A program made the translations under genes and the position numbers. The notes under the pieces are model-generated. The model saw only the letters and a list, made by a program, of their open reading frames with translations. It had not been told where the DNA came from and did not search any database. Below, piece after piece: positions 1 to 12,700 of a stretch of 64,000 nt of DNA. Every line of letters begins with the position of its first letter. The stretch's first letter is position 1. The DNA is from Fimbriosthenelais zetlandica (Eukaryota), in contig OZ365114.1 of the NCBI GenBank assembly GCA_977030845.1, positions 26,102,001 to 26,166,000 of the forward strand, read 5' to 3'.

Positions 1-1041
1 ATTAGTCACTAATTCAATGGTGAAAACTAAGACTGTTTATTATCATGTTTTTTGTCTATTGCCGTTGTTGATGTACCGCTAACGCGACCAGAGATTTCTA
101 AAAGCATTTTGATGGACACCCTCCTCTCTCCATGAATTAAGACGATGCTTTCGAAGCTGGATATGATTATTTTCTCTTCTCATTTACTTTTCGCTTGACA
201 TTTCCGCGATTTATCTGAATAACAATGCAAAGTTATGTGCATAACTTAGTATGCTAGCGGGATTTGCATTTATTCCTGTCGCTTTGCAGCAATATTTCTT
301 TGATAACGCAACTAGATTACGTCACTCCCAATGCGCACCCGTTTATCGGCGACGTGATGATGATGCGATTTGGGGATAATAAATCTGCGACACCTTTCCT
401 GGTGTCACGTCGCGGATTCACCGGTGACAGTCCTGGATTGAAGGGTTGTTATCACACTGACACGCTCTCTTCAAGCTTTGTTATTCACCACTGACATGTG
501 GCAGCTTGTTCATTGAAGACATCACCAGTTCTCTCCCCGAGGCAAGCTCCATATAAAAGCTACTGTATCGATGTATTCAGTGCTCTGTGTTATGCTGTGG
601 GGGCCTTTAATAAGCCCAAAAACACAGGCTAGCCAGGTGTTTCACTAGCATCCTACCACTTAACCTTTCCTGGCACTCTGACAATTGTCTGTGGTGATTA
701 TTTTGGTAAACAATTCCAGACTCGTTGCAATGAAGGTAATTAGGGCTTGTTGAATGCTTGTTAAGTCGGGAAGTCATTTCCATGGAATACATGTATAGAC
801 TGGGGATGTAGGTCAATGAATATTGTAATGACGATTCCTATCTCCATACATTCATGCTTCAGTGAACTGCATGTTATACAGTTACACTTAATTTACCATG
901 AAATAGGACTAGGTTTCAGTCTGCTGTACTTGGACTTATAAAACTGTTCTGAAATTGTTCTTCAGGGTTGCAGCCTTAACCCAAGAATGAAAGGCGTTGC
1001 ATGAATTGATTGCTTCCCCTTGGCACTTGTCATTGTGAACA

Positions 1042-1191
1042 TTAGGAGATTCATGAGCGTTGGTGGGGTCTATGAGAGAGTAATATATTTCAGGTAACTG
1101 TGGTATGAATGAGGCTCACCTTTGGGCGTGGAATGATGGCGGTATGGAGGGTGTCATAGCTGTAGACCTATCAGACCATGACATAGTCTAT
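1042..1191 (+). mobile_element. Decayed APE-type endonuclease fragment of a non-LTR retrotransposon (CR1/L2-like)
   Basis: GVIAVDLSDHDIVY (SDH at 1171-1179) matches the terminal SDH motif of LINE endonucleases. A broken LGD(F) lies upstream at 1042-1050 and NIFQV between them, in the right order but with compressed spacing. Confidence 0.45.
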
Positions 1192-1869
1192 AGGTCCGAT
1201 CAATCAGTAACCACCGCCACAACATCATTAAAAGTGACGATATGTCACTGCCTGCTCTCCCACCCAACCAACCTCAACTCTCGCTGCTCTCCATAGATAA
1301 GAATTCAATTAGGCGCGATGCTATCGCTACTACAGCCTGCCACTACTAACTCTGCTAGCACTACCACTATTGCTATGATCAAGCTTATCTCTCACTCTCT
1401 CTGTCAATTCAAACTGCACTCAGATGCTATCCACCACTCCCCTATCCATTGTATTATTTGGATTCTTTATGTTCTCTCTTATAGGAGGAATAAGCGAGGT
1501 CCTTTAAGTTATTTCCAAGAGTGAACACTCCCAGATCTATGTATTCAACCGCTGAATGCCCTGCTTCTTGTGCAGATTAAAAATTGCAGACTTGACTTTT
1601 TCTAAACCTTGGTCATGTCTTTGCAGAGATACCAGAACTGAGAAGTTAATTTAAAGATCCCTCATTTGTCTTGTATGCAGTCGTGTTGTGTCGCCAACAC
1701 AATTGCCTGTGTGTGATCGATTGTTTAAAACACCAAAGTGGCCCCTGTTTAAAAACCAATCTTACTTGTTATCTATTTTAACCAAGTTGGGCCTGGTATT
1801 TCCCAAGGCAGTGATAAGGGAATTGGACGTCTCCCACTTGAAAACTTTTTAGGAAAGTAACACCTTGAG

Positions 1870-1980
1870 GGCCTTTCCAAGTCAACAAGACACACTGCCA
1901 TTTCGATTTGGGTCTTTGTTTTAGCACAGTTTTCCTTGATGACAAAACGCACCGTTTTCCAAATAGTTGTTTTCCTCATG
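1870..1980 (-). mobile_element. Decayed non-LTR RT fragment (motif 2-3 region)
   Basis: Minus-strand frames give EENNYL...F..GK.C, then RFVIKENCAK...AVCLVDLER, resembling N.yL...Q.GF followed by f+DL.KAFD. The AFD itself is lost. Confidence 0.35.
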
Positions 1981-2999
1981 TCATCTGATCAAGCAGAAGA
2001 TATTATTTGGCGCATCTGCTTATACATCACTAGTGGGTGAGTCATAAGCGTTTGTGGTAAAGCAGTAGCTCTTTGCAGGCCTAGGCTTTTAAAGCTACCA
2101 CTAAGAGTGTGTTTTCAAACAACATTGCACACAACGCCGACTCATTTTCCACTCATTTTGTGCTGGGGGATTACTCAGTATTGCACCTTTCTCTCGCTAC
2201 CAGATGCCATCGCCAGGTTTCCGGAGATGGCCTCCTTTTATTTGCTCAGCCACAGATCGGCTGTCATTAAAATGACGAGTCTGCCAGGACAAAAAAGATC
2301 CAGTCCAACATTGTAATCTCTGCCCCTGAGAGAATCTCCGATGCTACACTTGAACATGCTGGGTTTGTCACATTAACCGATGCACCAACAACCGATGGCA
2401 AAAAGGAATCAACTGTTATTCCTGAAGTGTTTGGATGCAGTTTTTCCGAACATATTTGTAAGAATTGTTGGAATTAATCAGTCCCATTAGGGTAATATTT
2501 ATATAATTACCCTAATAGCAGAACCTTTGTTGACAATCATCATAATCATTGAGAATTGTTTATTAATCCATTCCATTTTGACAATCCTTTACATTTTTCC
2601 ACGCAAAGATTATTCATTTGGATGTTAAAGCGTTCCTGATGAAGAAAGTGTAGTGAAAAGATCCAGGTCATGTCTCCATCTCTATGCCCCCATGTAGCTG
2701 GCACCCCCTGGAGCAGATGTTTCCAAACGAGCCGAGAGAAAGCCAGGCCCATCTTTGTCGCCAGTATCGGCTGGCATTATTGAGGTAATCTTTGACGATA
2801 ATCGGTCAAGTTTGCCTTGCGATCGCCTGCCGACGCAGCTGGGTGCTTGGAACAACATTTGCCAAGGGATGAGTCGCCTCCTATCCAATTATCAAATTTT
2901 TATACCCCACTGACTCGGGAACCTTTTGTTTTGCCTCCTCGCAATCTCAAATCCATTTCCCAGATTGGTGGTTTGGTCTAGACTTGTAAGCGCAGTGAC

Positions 3000-3488
3000 A
3001 GAATTTAGTGTTAATAAATACTACCAAATATGGCGAGATTTTAACCAAATGACGAGCTCGGCCATTAAGTATTATGACAAGTTCAATGTTCAGTGTAATT
3101 AAACTAGGGAATAACATTCCCTGTAATAACCAATTCAGCTCCACATAACAATTCCAGATCTCTCTGAATGGTGCTATTCATCTTTTACTCTGACATTTTA
3201 CCAGCTGCTTGCTTCAAATAAATCACACAATTCACTAAATAATCTTCCGTGAAATACCCTTGAGGTATATTATGGACTCAGATAAAGGCCTATAGGCACT
3301 CTTCGACATAATCGCCATTTTGTTAAATATTGAATACACTATTCAAGCCAAGACTTCCTCTAAGGATTTGCATATAATGAAGACCGTATATAGGGGTCCT
3401 TGCCACTTAAGGCAGCATATCTATATCTTTAAAGCATCATTTATATGCATCGGAGGGACATCAAAGCAGCCCAGTCACTATCTAATAT
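3000..3488 (-). mobile_element. Decayed CR1/L2-type reverse transcriptase
   Basis: Colinear minus-strand words across frameshifts: ILDSDWA(A)FDVP, QG, FTED..CVIY, IQRDLELL (3146-3169), NWLLQGMLFPS and LNGRARHLVKISPYLVVFIN. The last is in register with the recalled LNG.....V....YLGV.I motif. Confidence 0.55.
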
Positions 3489-3704
3489 TCCATAGACTGA
3501 CTAAAAGCTTGTTATCATAATCTTTTTGCTGACACTACCACAGCTTTCCATTTTGGTATATAGATGCCTGGGTGTAAGTGGTAGTTTGGATTCTATTGTG
3601 AAGCTGACATTATGCTTGCTATTTTCTGCTACAATAGCAAAGAGGGCTTATTTCAATTAGCTTACACTTAATCTACTTATCATTCCACCTGAGGTTTGGC
3701 GGCC

Positions 3705-3864
3705 ATTGCCATGGAAACCGTTACTGTTGTCACCGCGCCCTCCATTATGTCTGTTGTGAAGACAGGAAACTGAAAAGAGGTTTTGGCAGGTCAACAAGGT
3801 CAAGGTCGTGCAAGAGAAACCCGAGTCTCGTCAGCGAGAGTTGAACGTGAAAGCCGCCATATTG
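3705..3864. promoter_or_regulatory. Motif cluster: RFX X-box-like site, nuclear-receptor DR3/DR0 and YY1 site
   Basis: attgccatggaaac 3705-3718; AGGTCA-aca-AGGTCA-AGGTCG 3788-3808; gccgccatattg 3853-3864. Confidence 0.35.
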
Positions 3865-5720
3865 ATGGAAACGCTAATGCCACTGCGTTTTGAATAGATA
3901 CTGGGTGCCTATAAATAAATCAGTAGTCCCTTCTATAGACATTAGTGACAGAGACAGTTGGAAATATGAATTAATGGCCAATTAGATCAAAATAATACCA
4001 TCATTTCAACTGAGATAATTTATCGTTTGGATTGACTTCCCAAATGCTCCCTAAAGAGTTAAATAGGTGCACGTTTGTAGCATGTTGCTTCATTGGTTCA
4101 AAAATATTGTATCAGTGCCAGATGTACTGATATGATAAGTAATATGCAGATAATTATAATTATGACGTCAATTACGATGACGTATAGGTGGGATGAGTGC
4201 TTTTGAGCGTGAGTCGGACCCATGTTAGTGTACATAAAAAGCACACATAAAAATGATAATTGAAATCAGCTTAAATGAAATGCTACCCGAGAGTTCATGC
4301 CTAGTTTAGTGGAGATGGCTTTGCACCTCAATTTTACATTAGATTCACCTAACTTGTCCTAAAATTAGGATGACTTATATAAGTAGCCTGATGTACACAT
4401 TTTCCTGGGGGAGTTGGATTTCCCGGTTGGACAATTAAGTTGTGTAGACGTCTGATTGAAAGGAATCTGACATGGTCACTTGTAGCTCGGGAGGTGCCAG
4501 CTGAGTATCAAATATTAACGTCAAATGTCACCTCGCATGAGTCTATCAGTTAGTGATAGCTTCCTGTGCTCCATAAACCGCCATTGACAGCTCCAGATTT
4601 GCTGCAGGTGTGACTCACAAACATGATATTGACACTGGTCTATTAATATCTCATTCCCTCTTAAATGTCCCGTTTTGATTTAACTTTAATGAAGTTCATT
4701 GAGAACCTTGTATGCATATTTGGCCGAATGAGATTAAGAAGTTTGTAAGTGGTAATTGAGTTGAATAGACTTGAACCAGTGCTGGCGTTTATGACTGAGT
4801 ATCAGACTTTATTTCACCTCGGGCGCCGGTTCATTTTAGACCTGGCCTATATCAGAATAAATGCTCTCTAATTGGGTCTGAACAAAGACAGGTTCTCCCA
4901 TGATCTGAGATCAGTCTGGTACTTGGAAGAATTGTAATGTCTCTGATGTCTCGTCCGATTAAGGCAGTCATACAGCGATACACCTGCTTAACAATGGACA
5001 AATTGGTTTACATAGATAACCTTGATAAATATTTATATGTCTGGTTAGTATAGACGATTACTCAACTGTATATTTACCAAATCTAAATCTTGTAATGGCT
5101 CGTGTACATTGATAATGCATTCCCTGGTTTATGTCAGGCAGACTTTAGATTGTGAGATATCGTTTAGATATTTATGACCTGCATCATACTTTAATATATA
5201 CTTTATTACAATCCTGAAGAAGGCAACTCTAGGCCGAAAGCTTTATTGAAGAAACAACAAAGCTTGTAAGATCTATCCCAAAATCATTCAAAACCACACT
5301 TGGAAAATCGCTTTATTACAAGATGGGTGGATGGTTTTCGTGATTTTCGTGATTTCAAGTAAAGTTGTTGGACAGATAAGGATGCAGAGACAACCCTCAA
5401 CTCAGCAAAATCAACCCTAATGCATTGTTATGGAATTGTTGCCATCCAGAGTGTGCATTAGCATTTTTTGCTTGAAATTAGAGAAAATAGAAGATTGTCG
5501 TGATGGCAGAGCTTGCTGGGCAAAACCTGGGACGATGCTTTTATGGGAAGGAGAACGGATGAGCTAAACATTGGATGCCTCAAAAATATTGACGCTGATG
5601 GATCTCCTGCACATGCTCGAAGAGAACAAACAGTTCTAGGAGCTCACGAGAGAATAAGATACATTGTGAAGTCTATTTACTAAGTGAACAGGCAGCCATG
5701 TTGTTGTGCATGAGTAGTAC

Positions 5721-5960
5721 TAACTACATCCCATGTTTATCAAAGATGGCGGTGGGAACTTCACCGGAAGTGGCCCACCTGGCACTGAAAACCTTGCCTC
5801 TCCATGTTTCAAAATAAAATCAACACGTGGGAGAAGATGTGGGGAATATGTGCGTGTTGATGATGGAGGGTGTTGGGGAACACACTGTCCTACAAATCCC
5901 ACCGGCACTGGACCTACTTCCGGTGAGCATGCGCAGGGGGAGTGTATGTAGGCGCCATCT
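5721..5960. promoter_or_regulatory. TATA-less housekeeping-promoter-like cluster (ZNF143/THAP11-like, YY1, ETS, NRF1-like)
   Basis: aagatggcgg 5743-5752; accggaagtg 5763-5772; cctacaaatccca 5889-5901; acttccggt 5916-5924; gcatgcgcag 5927-5936; cgccatct 5953-5960; actacatccca 5723-5733. Confidence 0.45.
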
Positions 5961-7760
5961 CATGGCAGCCACTGAAGAGGGCGAAGGGCAATGATTCGGG
6001 ATGCATAATTAATTGAATCAAACTTGAGGCCACTGTGGCTAGCACATCTCACCAACTCATGGACCTCATTGAGATATTTTCACTGCACTTTATTTTTGCC
6101 GAGGCTAAATGAGATGAAAATCACACTTACGTTCATTCAAGTGTGCCTTTAATTTCAAATCACTCCCAACTCTTTTGATGCATGCCAATTCTTGTCAAAG
6201 TACATGATGGAATTTCGAGCAAAATCATCTTTTTATTATCTCCCACGAAATTAAATCGCCTCTTTTGTATTGTGTTTCAATTAGGTTCTCGGCCCTTGGA
6301 TGGTTCTGGACGTGGGTAGCCCAGGTGAAAATCAGCCTCGTCCAAATCAAATTGTCCCATCCTGTCAAAGCCAATTATTGGCACCACAGTTGGGTTGCCT
6401 AACTGGTTAGTCTCTGGTCGGTAGTAAGGAGGTAGGTGGGTGAAGCTTGGGGATGGGAGTGGTAGTGGTGGTGGGGTGAGAGGCAGATTAAGGTAGGCAC
6501 TGCCTTGTCCTGAACGTTGATGTGTAAATGATATCAGACATCCTCCCGCCTTGATGTATAGGCAGGTCAGTACAGGATTTTTCCCCTGGTCATTTTTCAC
6601 AATCATGTCTATTTCCCATCCATGGCGTCCTTCCCCCTGCACCGAAATGCATTCCTTAATGATGATCCCAGGGATAAGGGGCCCTGGCAGCGCCGTAGAC
6701 ATGCACTCCGCCCATCGTGGGTAAATAACATCATGGCTCGTGGAATAGCTTGTTAATTGATGGCCTTCTCCCATCTCCTATCTCATTCCTTCTCTGGCAG
6801 GGGAAGTTGTTCCAAGAAAATGGGGAAATGCCGAGAAAATTGAACTCAAAGTTACCAGAACTAAGGAAACTAGATTATGCTTGGATGAAAATCCAACCCA
6901 ACAAGAGTTCTTGAATCAGGGTTTCAGACTAGAGGAAAAATGAGTTCCGGAAAGGGAGAAAGCTTCATACAGTTTTGACTAGAGCTTTTAGAGGTCGAAA
7001 ATTTTACTATACATCATCCCCCTCCCCCAATAAAAAACTCCTAGAATTTACTTCTTAATGGTGCAATGAATTGATTGCTTCTAAATGATATACCTATTTT
7101 AAGTAGACGAAAAATAGGATGGGAGCATGAGGTCTCCATTCAAATTATAAGTTGTTGGGAGTATGGAGCATGGCTGACACCCCCGGCCATGCATCACCCC
7201 CTCTCATAACCAGACCTGACAGGGGTGCATTCTGCCCCGTCTCTACCTCACACACTAAATGGATCAGACTCCACAAAGGCTTGTTTGATAATCTTGTTGT
7301 GTCACTATGGATTATCCCACCCCCCTCTGTCCGTTAATCTAATGTTGGCGACCACGACGTGACAGTCGGAATGTCGTAAAGTCTGATGTCACATAAGACG
7401 TCACTTGGCAAGATGTGGTGGATCGTTCATCAATGCTTTTGTCTGTATGAGTGGGTTGAGGTTCAAGGAGGAAATATTGCCTGTTGGAATACATGCCAAC
7501 ATGTATTGTTCACAGGAAACATGAAGATGCCATGATAAAATGGGCATTTTCATAGACTACTACATGTACCCTCCACATAAGTATATAGCAGGCTATGAAG
7601 TTGTGTCCCTTTTGGAACACATTATTCAAATGACTCATACTTTCGAGCAACAGTCTATCTTCATTACAATTCTACTTTTAGGGTGCATGATAACTTTTTT
7701 TTAATACATATATATCCTGATGTTTCTTTAGTTATGAAAAGTAATACATTTTGCATATCG

Positions 7761-7913
7761 TGCCTGTCAGGTGAATTCATTTGCAAGCAGTCCATGTTAG
7801 TTAGGATGTACTGTGAAGACATTGTATTGATTTTGGAGCATCTTTTGAATGCATGTGTTGTACAGAGTCTCTGTTCCGTCAAAGAAATCATCATCTCCCC
7901 TGAGCGCACATGA
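7761..7913 (+). mobile_element. Decayed non-LTR RT catalytic-motif fragment
   Basis: RMYCEDIVLI (7803-7832) resembles xxYADDIVLI. It is preceded by CLSGEF (cf. LSP.LF) and followed by C...IIISPERT (cf. in..KT). Confidence 0.4.
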
Positions 7914-10900
7914 TAATACATATCTTCTGATCTTTCTGGATAACGTAGATTACCCTCACAAAAACACTTGAAGGCGATACATCATGAGAAGGAATATATG
8001 TATATATGTACAAGATAGGCTCACTTACAAATAGAAGTATGTGTTCCTTATACACAGGAATGTCTTTCATCTGTCGTCCCAAGGGCTGCATTGTTCTGCC
8101 CTTTTCTTTGGCCCATTATGGCATACGCCGTGCCGTTTGTGAAGGACAATGGCAGGAACTGTTGCACTTCATTATCTCTTCTGTAAGTCGCAGAGAGACG
8201 CGGGGGAAGTGAATTAATGTACAGATAGGAGGCGCGTGTGAGATAATACCTACCTTCCTTTTCAAAAAATCCAATGCGGAAGAGACGCTATATGCACATG
8301 TGCATGCAGCGTGTGTCAAACTCCATGTCTTGCATGGATATATCAAGATCTTTTTTCAAAAATGCGTTCATATGAAGCATATATACTTTTAGGTTAAAGC
8401 CATTTGATTCTCGTTTGCAGTGACACCAAAATGTGATTATCATTATCTCTTGTATACTACTGTGACACAGTGACCTGCTCCTTTCACTCGTTCCCTTCAG
8501 TCATGTCTTTTGTGCACAGTGCTCGCCAGGAGGTAGCTAAAGGTTACATGTTGTAGTTGGCGACATGTTCTATCATGTATCAGCACCATTTGACCTATTT
8601 CTATAATTAATTACACTGAATATTTAAATTAAACCTTGCTCCAAAAGGAAACCACAGAGGAAGTTTTTCTCTTCCCGGGTTTAAGGAAGGCATCTTTCAG
8701 GATGTGAATTTTGAGACAGAGAACAAAACAAACCTGCCTGCATCTTTGTTCATGCTGAAACAGAATGAAAATACCCGTCCAATGCAAGTACATATGGAAT
8801 TTAATCTTGTAGGTTCCTAAAATAAAACCTTGGCCCATCATTATGGAAAGTGACATTTTTGGAAATGGCACATTACCTTCATAAGGGGCGCCCTGTCATT
8901 CACCCTGCTATTTATGTCTCGATTCTTCAGAATTCATATTGTTTGATTCAGGTTTGTCTTCAGTTAGGATTGTCTTATTGTCACTGCAGCTGCTGGCGAA
9001 AATGTCAAAGCATGTTCTGTAAAAGCTGTTCCTCCTCCCTCTCTATCCTCGCAATGTCAGTCCATCAGCTTTGCTTAAGCAGCATTTCTGTCATTGTTCT
9101 GACAAGCAAGAGTCCCAGAATAACTTAACTACAATTTATACAGTGATTTTTCAATATACAAACAGGGATATAAATCTCTACGTATTATTCAAAACTGAAA
9201 ACCGAAATCAAAATTGGGACCAATGCAACGAATATCGTCTTGCTTAGATATAACTTTGATGTATGGAAGATTTCCACAGTACATCGAGGGAGGAATTGAT
9301 CCGTGCCCACGGCTTTACCATAGCTGAGATGAATGGAGAAGAAGCAAGTTATGTGTATTTGATGTGAATACAGAACAGGGTGTGGTCCAGGGAATGCTGA
9401 GAAAGCCAATTCCTGCAGGCACGGCAATGACTCATATCAACCTGGCTCTATATCTTTCCATCTTCTTCTCATCATGATCATACTTGTTTATGTGACTTCT
9501 TAAAAACATCTGGGTCAAAAGTGACTATAACAATGATGATCAATTTGAAGGGTTTAGGTGTACTTCAAGCTACTTTGGGCAATTGAAAAAGCCTGTTTTT
9601 TTTCATGCAACTGAATGTAAAACTCTTGAAGTCATTCGTGAGCCTATTTAAAGAGTGGAATTTCTTTTTTGCTCAAGCTATATTCTAGTGCGCATGAGTT
9701 ACTATAATCATATAATATATATCCCTGTAAAGTGGATATAAAGTAAAGAGACGAGCGAGTCAATTAACAATGATTGCCTGCAACAAAAGGTGGACTTCAC
9801 TTCATGTCCCTGTTGTCTGACAATATTGAAAAAGTGGGACATTTTATTTTGACTCTGGAGTGAACCATCTATATGTTATGCAGCAAAAAAGCCATGTAAA
9901 TGCCAAGAGTTCCCGTCCTCATGTACAATGGTGATTTGGACACAAGGCTGTGTATCTTTCTTTAGGCATTGACCAATTACACAGGATTGGACGTGACTTA
10001 TCCAGGCTGCGGCAGTCAGTCTAGAGTTCCCACATTTGGCACATGTGTCCCCTCCGGGGGAGGAGGAACCTACAGCTCAACATGCAGCCCTTCTCCATAC
10101 CTCCCCCCCCTCCCACCTCCTGTCAAACTTGTCTCTTCCAGCCCTCAACTGACATGGCCTCAAACTGACTATTCTAGTCTCATTAAATGAGCTCTGGTAT
10201 TATCCGTATACATGTATAATGCAAAAAGCACTGACCCTCTGACCTTCTAAGTGTACCTTGGGGCCATAAAGATGCCTTACATAGATATAAAAGTTTTTTA
10301 TTGCGTTTATGATATCTGTATAGTCACTAGGTGAACTATATTGTTTATACACTTTATGTGCCCTTGTTAAGTCGGTACCTATAAAGTAATATGATTAACA
10401 ATAGTTATAGTTTGAAAGACCCGGTGAATCGGTGGAGAAAATGAAATAATTCACCCGTCTTTGGTGTTATTTCGAGATTAATATGATTTTATGTAATTGT
10501 ATGAAATTACATTGGATGACGAACGCTCTGTGGTATAGCATGGTCAGATGAAGGTGTCACAAGGAGTGCTCGAGGTGGTGTTTCATTTGAATAATTATCC
10601 GTTTAGGTAAAATGCCTGGAGGGTGTCCATATTAATGTCGGCACTCGGTAATAAATCTCCCACACTACACATTAATTTGTCTCTTTTCACCAACAATTAA
10701 CTCTTAAACCAGCCGCCTTTTAAAACCACACTATTATGTTGAAATAATGATTAAATAAAGAAGGCAACTAGCATGATTTTTGCTCAGAATGGGGACTATA
10801 TTGAGAAGCGTAGTGATTTATTGTACCTCCAGCTGTAATCTGTCTGATGAAGATGGCCTCCTGCTTGGCGTGGTATTCCTCCGCCCAGTCTCGGCATACC

Positions 10901-12559
10901 TCGGGGTAGAGGCCCTACCTCTGTATTATCAATGCTCCATATTTTCATCTCCACCTACGTGAGATTGTATTAATCCCGTCTTTTAGATCCATGCTATCCT
11001 TGGCCTCGACCTTTCTTACTAAAAACAAACCATCCAACGGGAGTGTGGGAGTGAGGACGTCCGAGGAAAGAAGAGGATATTTGATTGAGGAGAGACTGCC
11101 AATTTCATTTCTCCTGTCCAAAACATCATATCTATTGCAGTATGACGAAAGCAATCTGCTTTTTATGGGGCTCTTAAATGCTGTTAGTATTCAATTGCTA
11201 TAATTATATTGAGGTTTGGAAATTGAATGTCACCATTGAAAATACGCATTTGGGAAGTTTAACTGCATACATGTATGGTCATGTTTGGGAGCTTGCTTTA
11301 TGAATCAGAATGATTGAGGACATGGATCCAGTTCTTCTCTGATTAAGTCCAGGTCACCTCACTGACCTCCACCAACCAATGATGACGATCTAAATGCCTT
11401 AAGAAGATCCGACTAAACGTGATAAAATGATGGAAGCCTAAAGTCAGACTCCCCTCTGATGACCTGACCTCACCCATCCTTCTCTCTGAAAGAGATGGAG
11501 TCCCTGTGAAATGGAAGTATTAATTGGCCCCGGGGGAATGAGTCGTAATGAATAGTTCATAACGACATAATATAGTTTCGTTCTATCGCATTTATCTCAT
11601 CAACTGAAGTCTGAGAAGGTTGAAGGTTTTTTTTTATTTTAAGAGCCCCAGACATCCACATTTGAGGGATTAGTAAACAGGTGTATTGCATTATAGATAC
11701 CCTTATGAAATTACAAGTCTTGTAGTGTTTATTTCATGATTTGACAAGTTTTGTGGATCAGTTGTGACATTTCGATTTTCATTTGGATGCACTTAATTTC
11801 CCTTCTATTTCTATTTCCCTTGTAAACTTGGAAAGGCCATTATAGAGCACATATTAGAAATCATAGTTATATCTGCAGTTATTACTTATCTTCTTTACTT
11901 TCTCTCATAATGTGTACGAAATCGTTAATAAGACTTGTACAAGACCTTTAATCATACATCGTCCTTGAGCTGGCCAATTTTATATTTATCTGTCTGCGCT
12001 GTCACTCACGTTCAGTTTACATTTTTTCGGAGGCCACCCCGTTTGCCACTTTTCTACTTTCAAGCACATGATTGGCAAGTATGACAGGAAGAAAAGTGCC
12101 TAAAAAAACGAGGAAATTTCATAAGGTCTTTCAATGAACTGCCGACAACCATTTTATTGGATGCAGTGCCTCTACATGGTTTTAATTTCATTCCTCTTCC
12201 CCAGTCACTTGTGTGCCTGTCCATTGCCAGAGGCAGTATTGAGAAACTGTCACTTTTTATATTAAGATTGTGCTTTGATACTTTCGTTACATATACATGT
12301 ACCTTGAATTTCATCGTCTTTTCATTGCAATATCCTGTCAAGAAAAGGCCATGGTGTCTGATGTCTTGCCTGCTAATTCTGGGATTTAGAGATGCTGGTC
12401 TCGGCTACACTTTTTGCTCTCTTGAAGTGGTTAGCTGACAAATGCTAGAGCATTTATGAGGCGTCGACCAACAATAGAAGGATATTTGGTATATGTAGGT
12501 GAAAAGGAACCTGTACTTTGTTCATGCACCTATGAATAGAACTTGCGCTTTAAGTGGTC

Positions 12560-12700
12560 TGATTCATTGAAGGAGCTTGAAGGTGTCAAAGAATGACATA
12601 CAATTCCTTAGAAATGTATCCGAAAGACGTTCGTGACCGAAGGAAGGAGATTCTCCTGAAGTGAATGCGAACTATGTTATGGATATAAAAAGGCGATAAC
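12560..12700 (+). mobile_element. Possible decayed LINE ORF1p C-terminal fragment
   Basis: LKELEG, frameshift, LEMYPKDVRDRRKEILLK, then VNANYVMD; resembles LKG..i.i.edfP.ev..RRk.L..A.lv.D of L1/Tx1/Crack-type ORF1. Confidence 0.3.

Noticed and set aside
230-252. Palindrome aagttatg-tg-cataactt followed by ataacttagtat, resembling a loxP arm
   Set aside because: Only one partial arm with the wrong geometry; 8-bp-arm palindromes are expected by chance in 64 kb.
6277-6774. Longest ORF (165 aa, minus strand)
   Set aside because: No recognisable domain. It crosses a G/C-rich low-complexity patch, and a rough stop-frequency estimate gives about a 0.2 chance of such an ORF in this window.
6798-6945. 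Plus-strand words AWMKIQPNKS (HERO-like RT) and PTQQEFL
   Set aside because: Isolated words in different frames with no upstream DD motif.
8620-8820. 66-codon open frame on +, overlapping an open frame on -
   Set aside because: No recognised domain and only weak splice sites.
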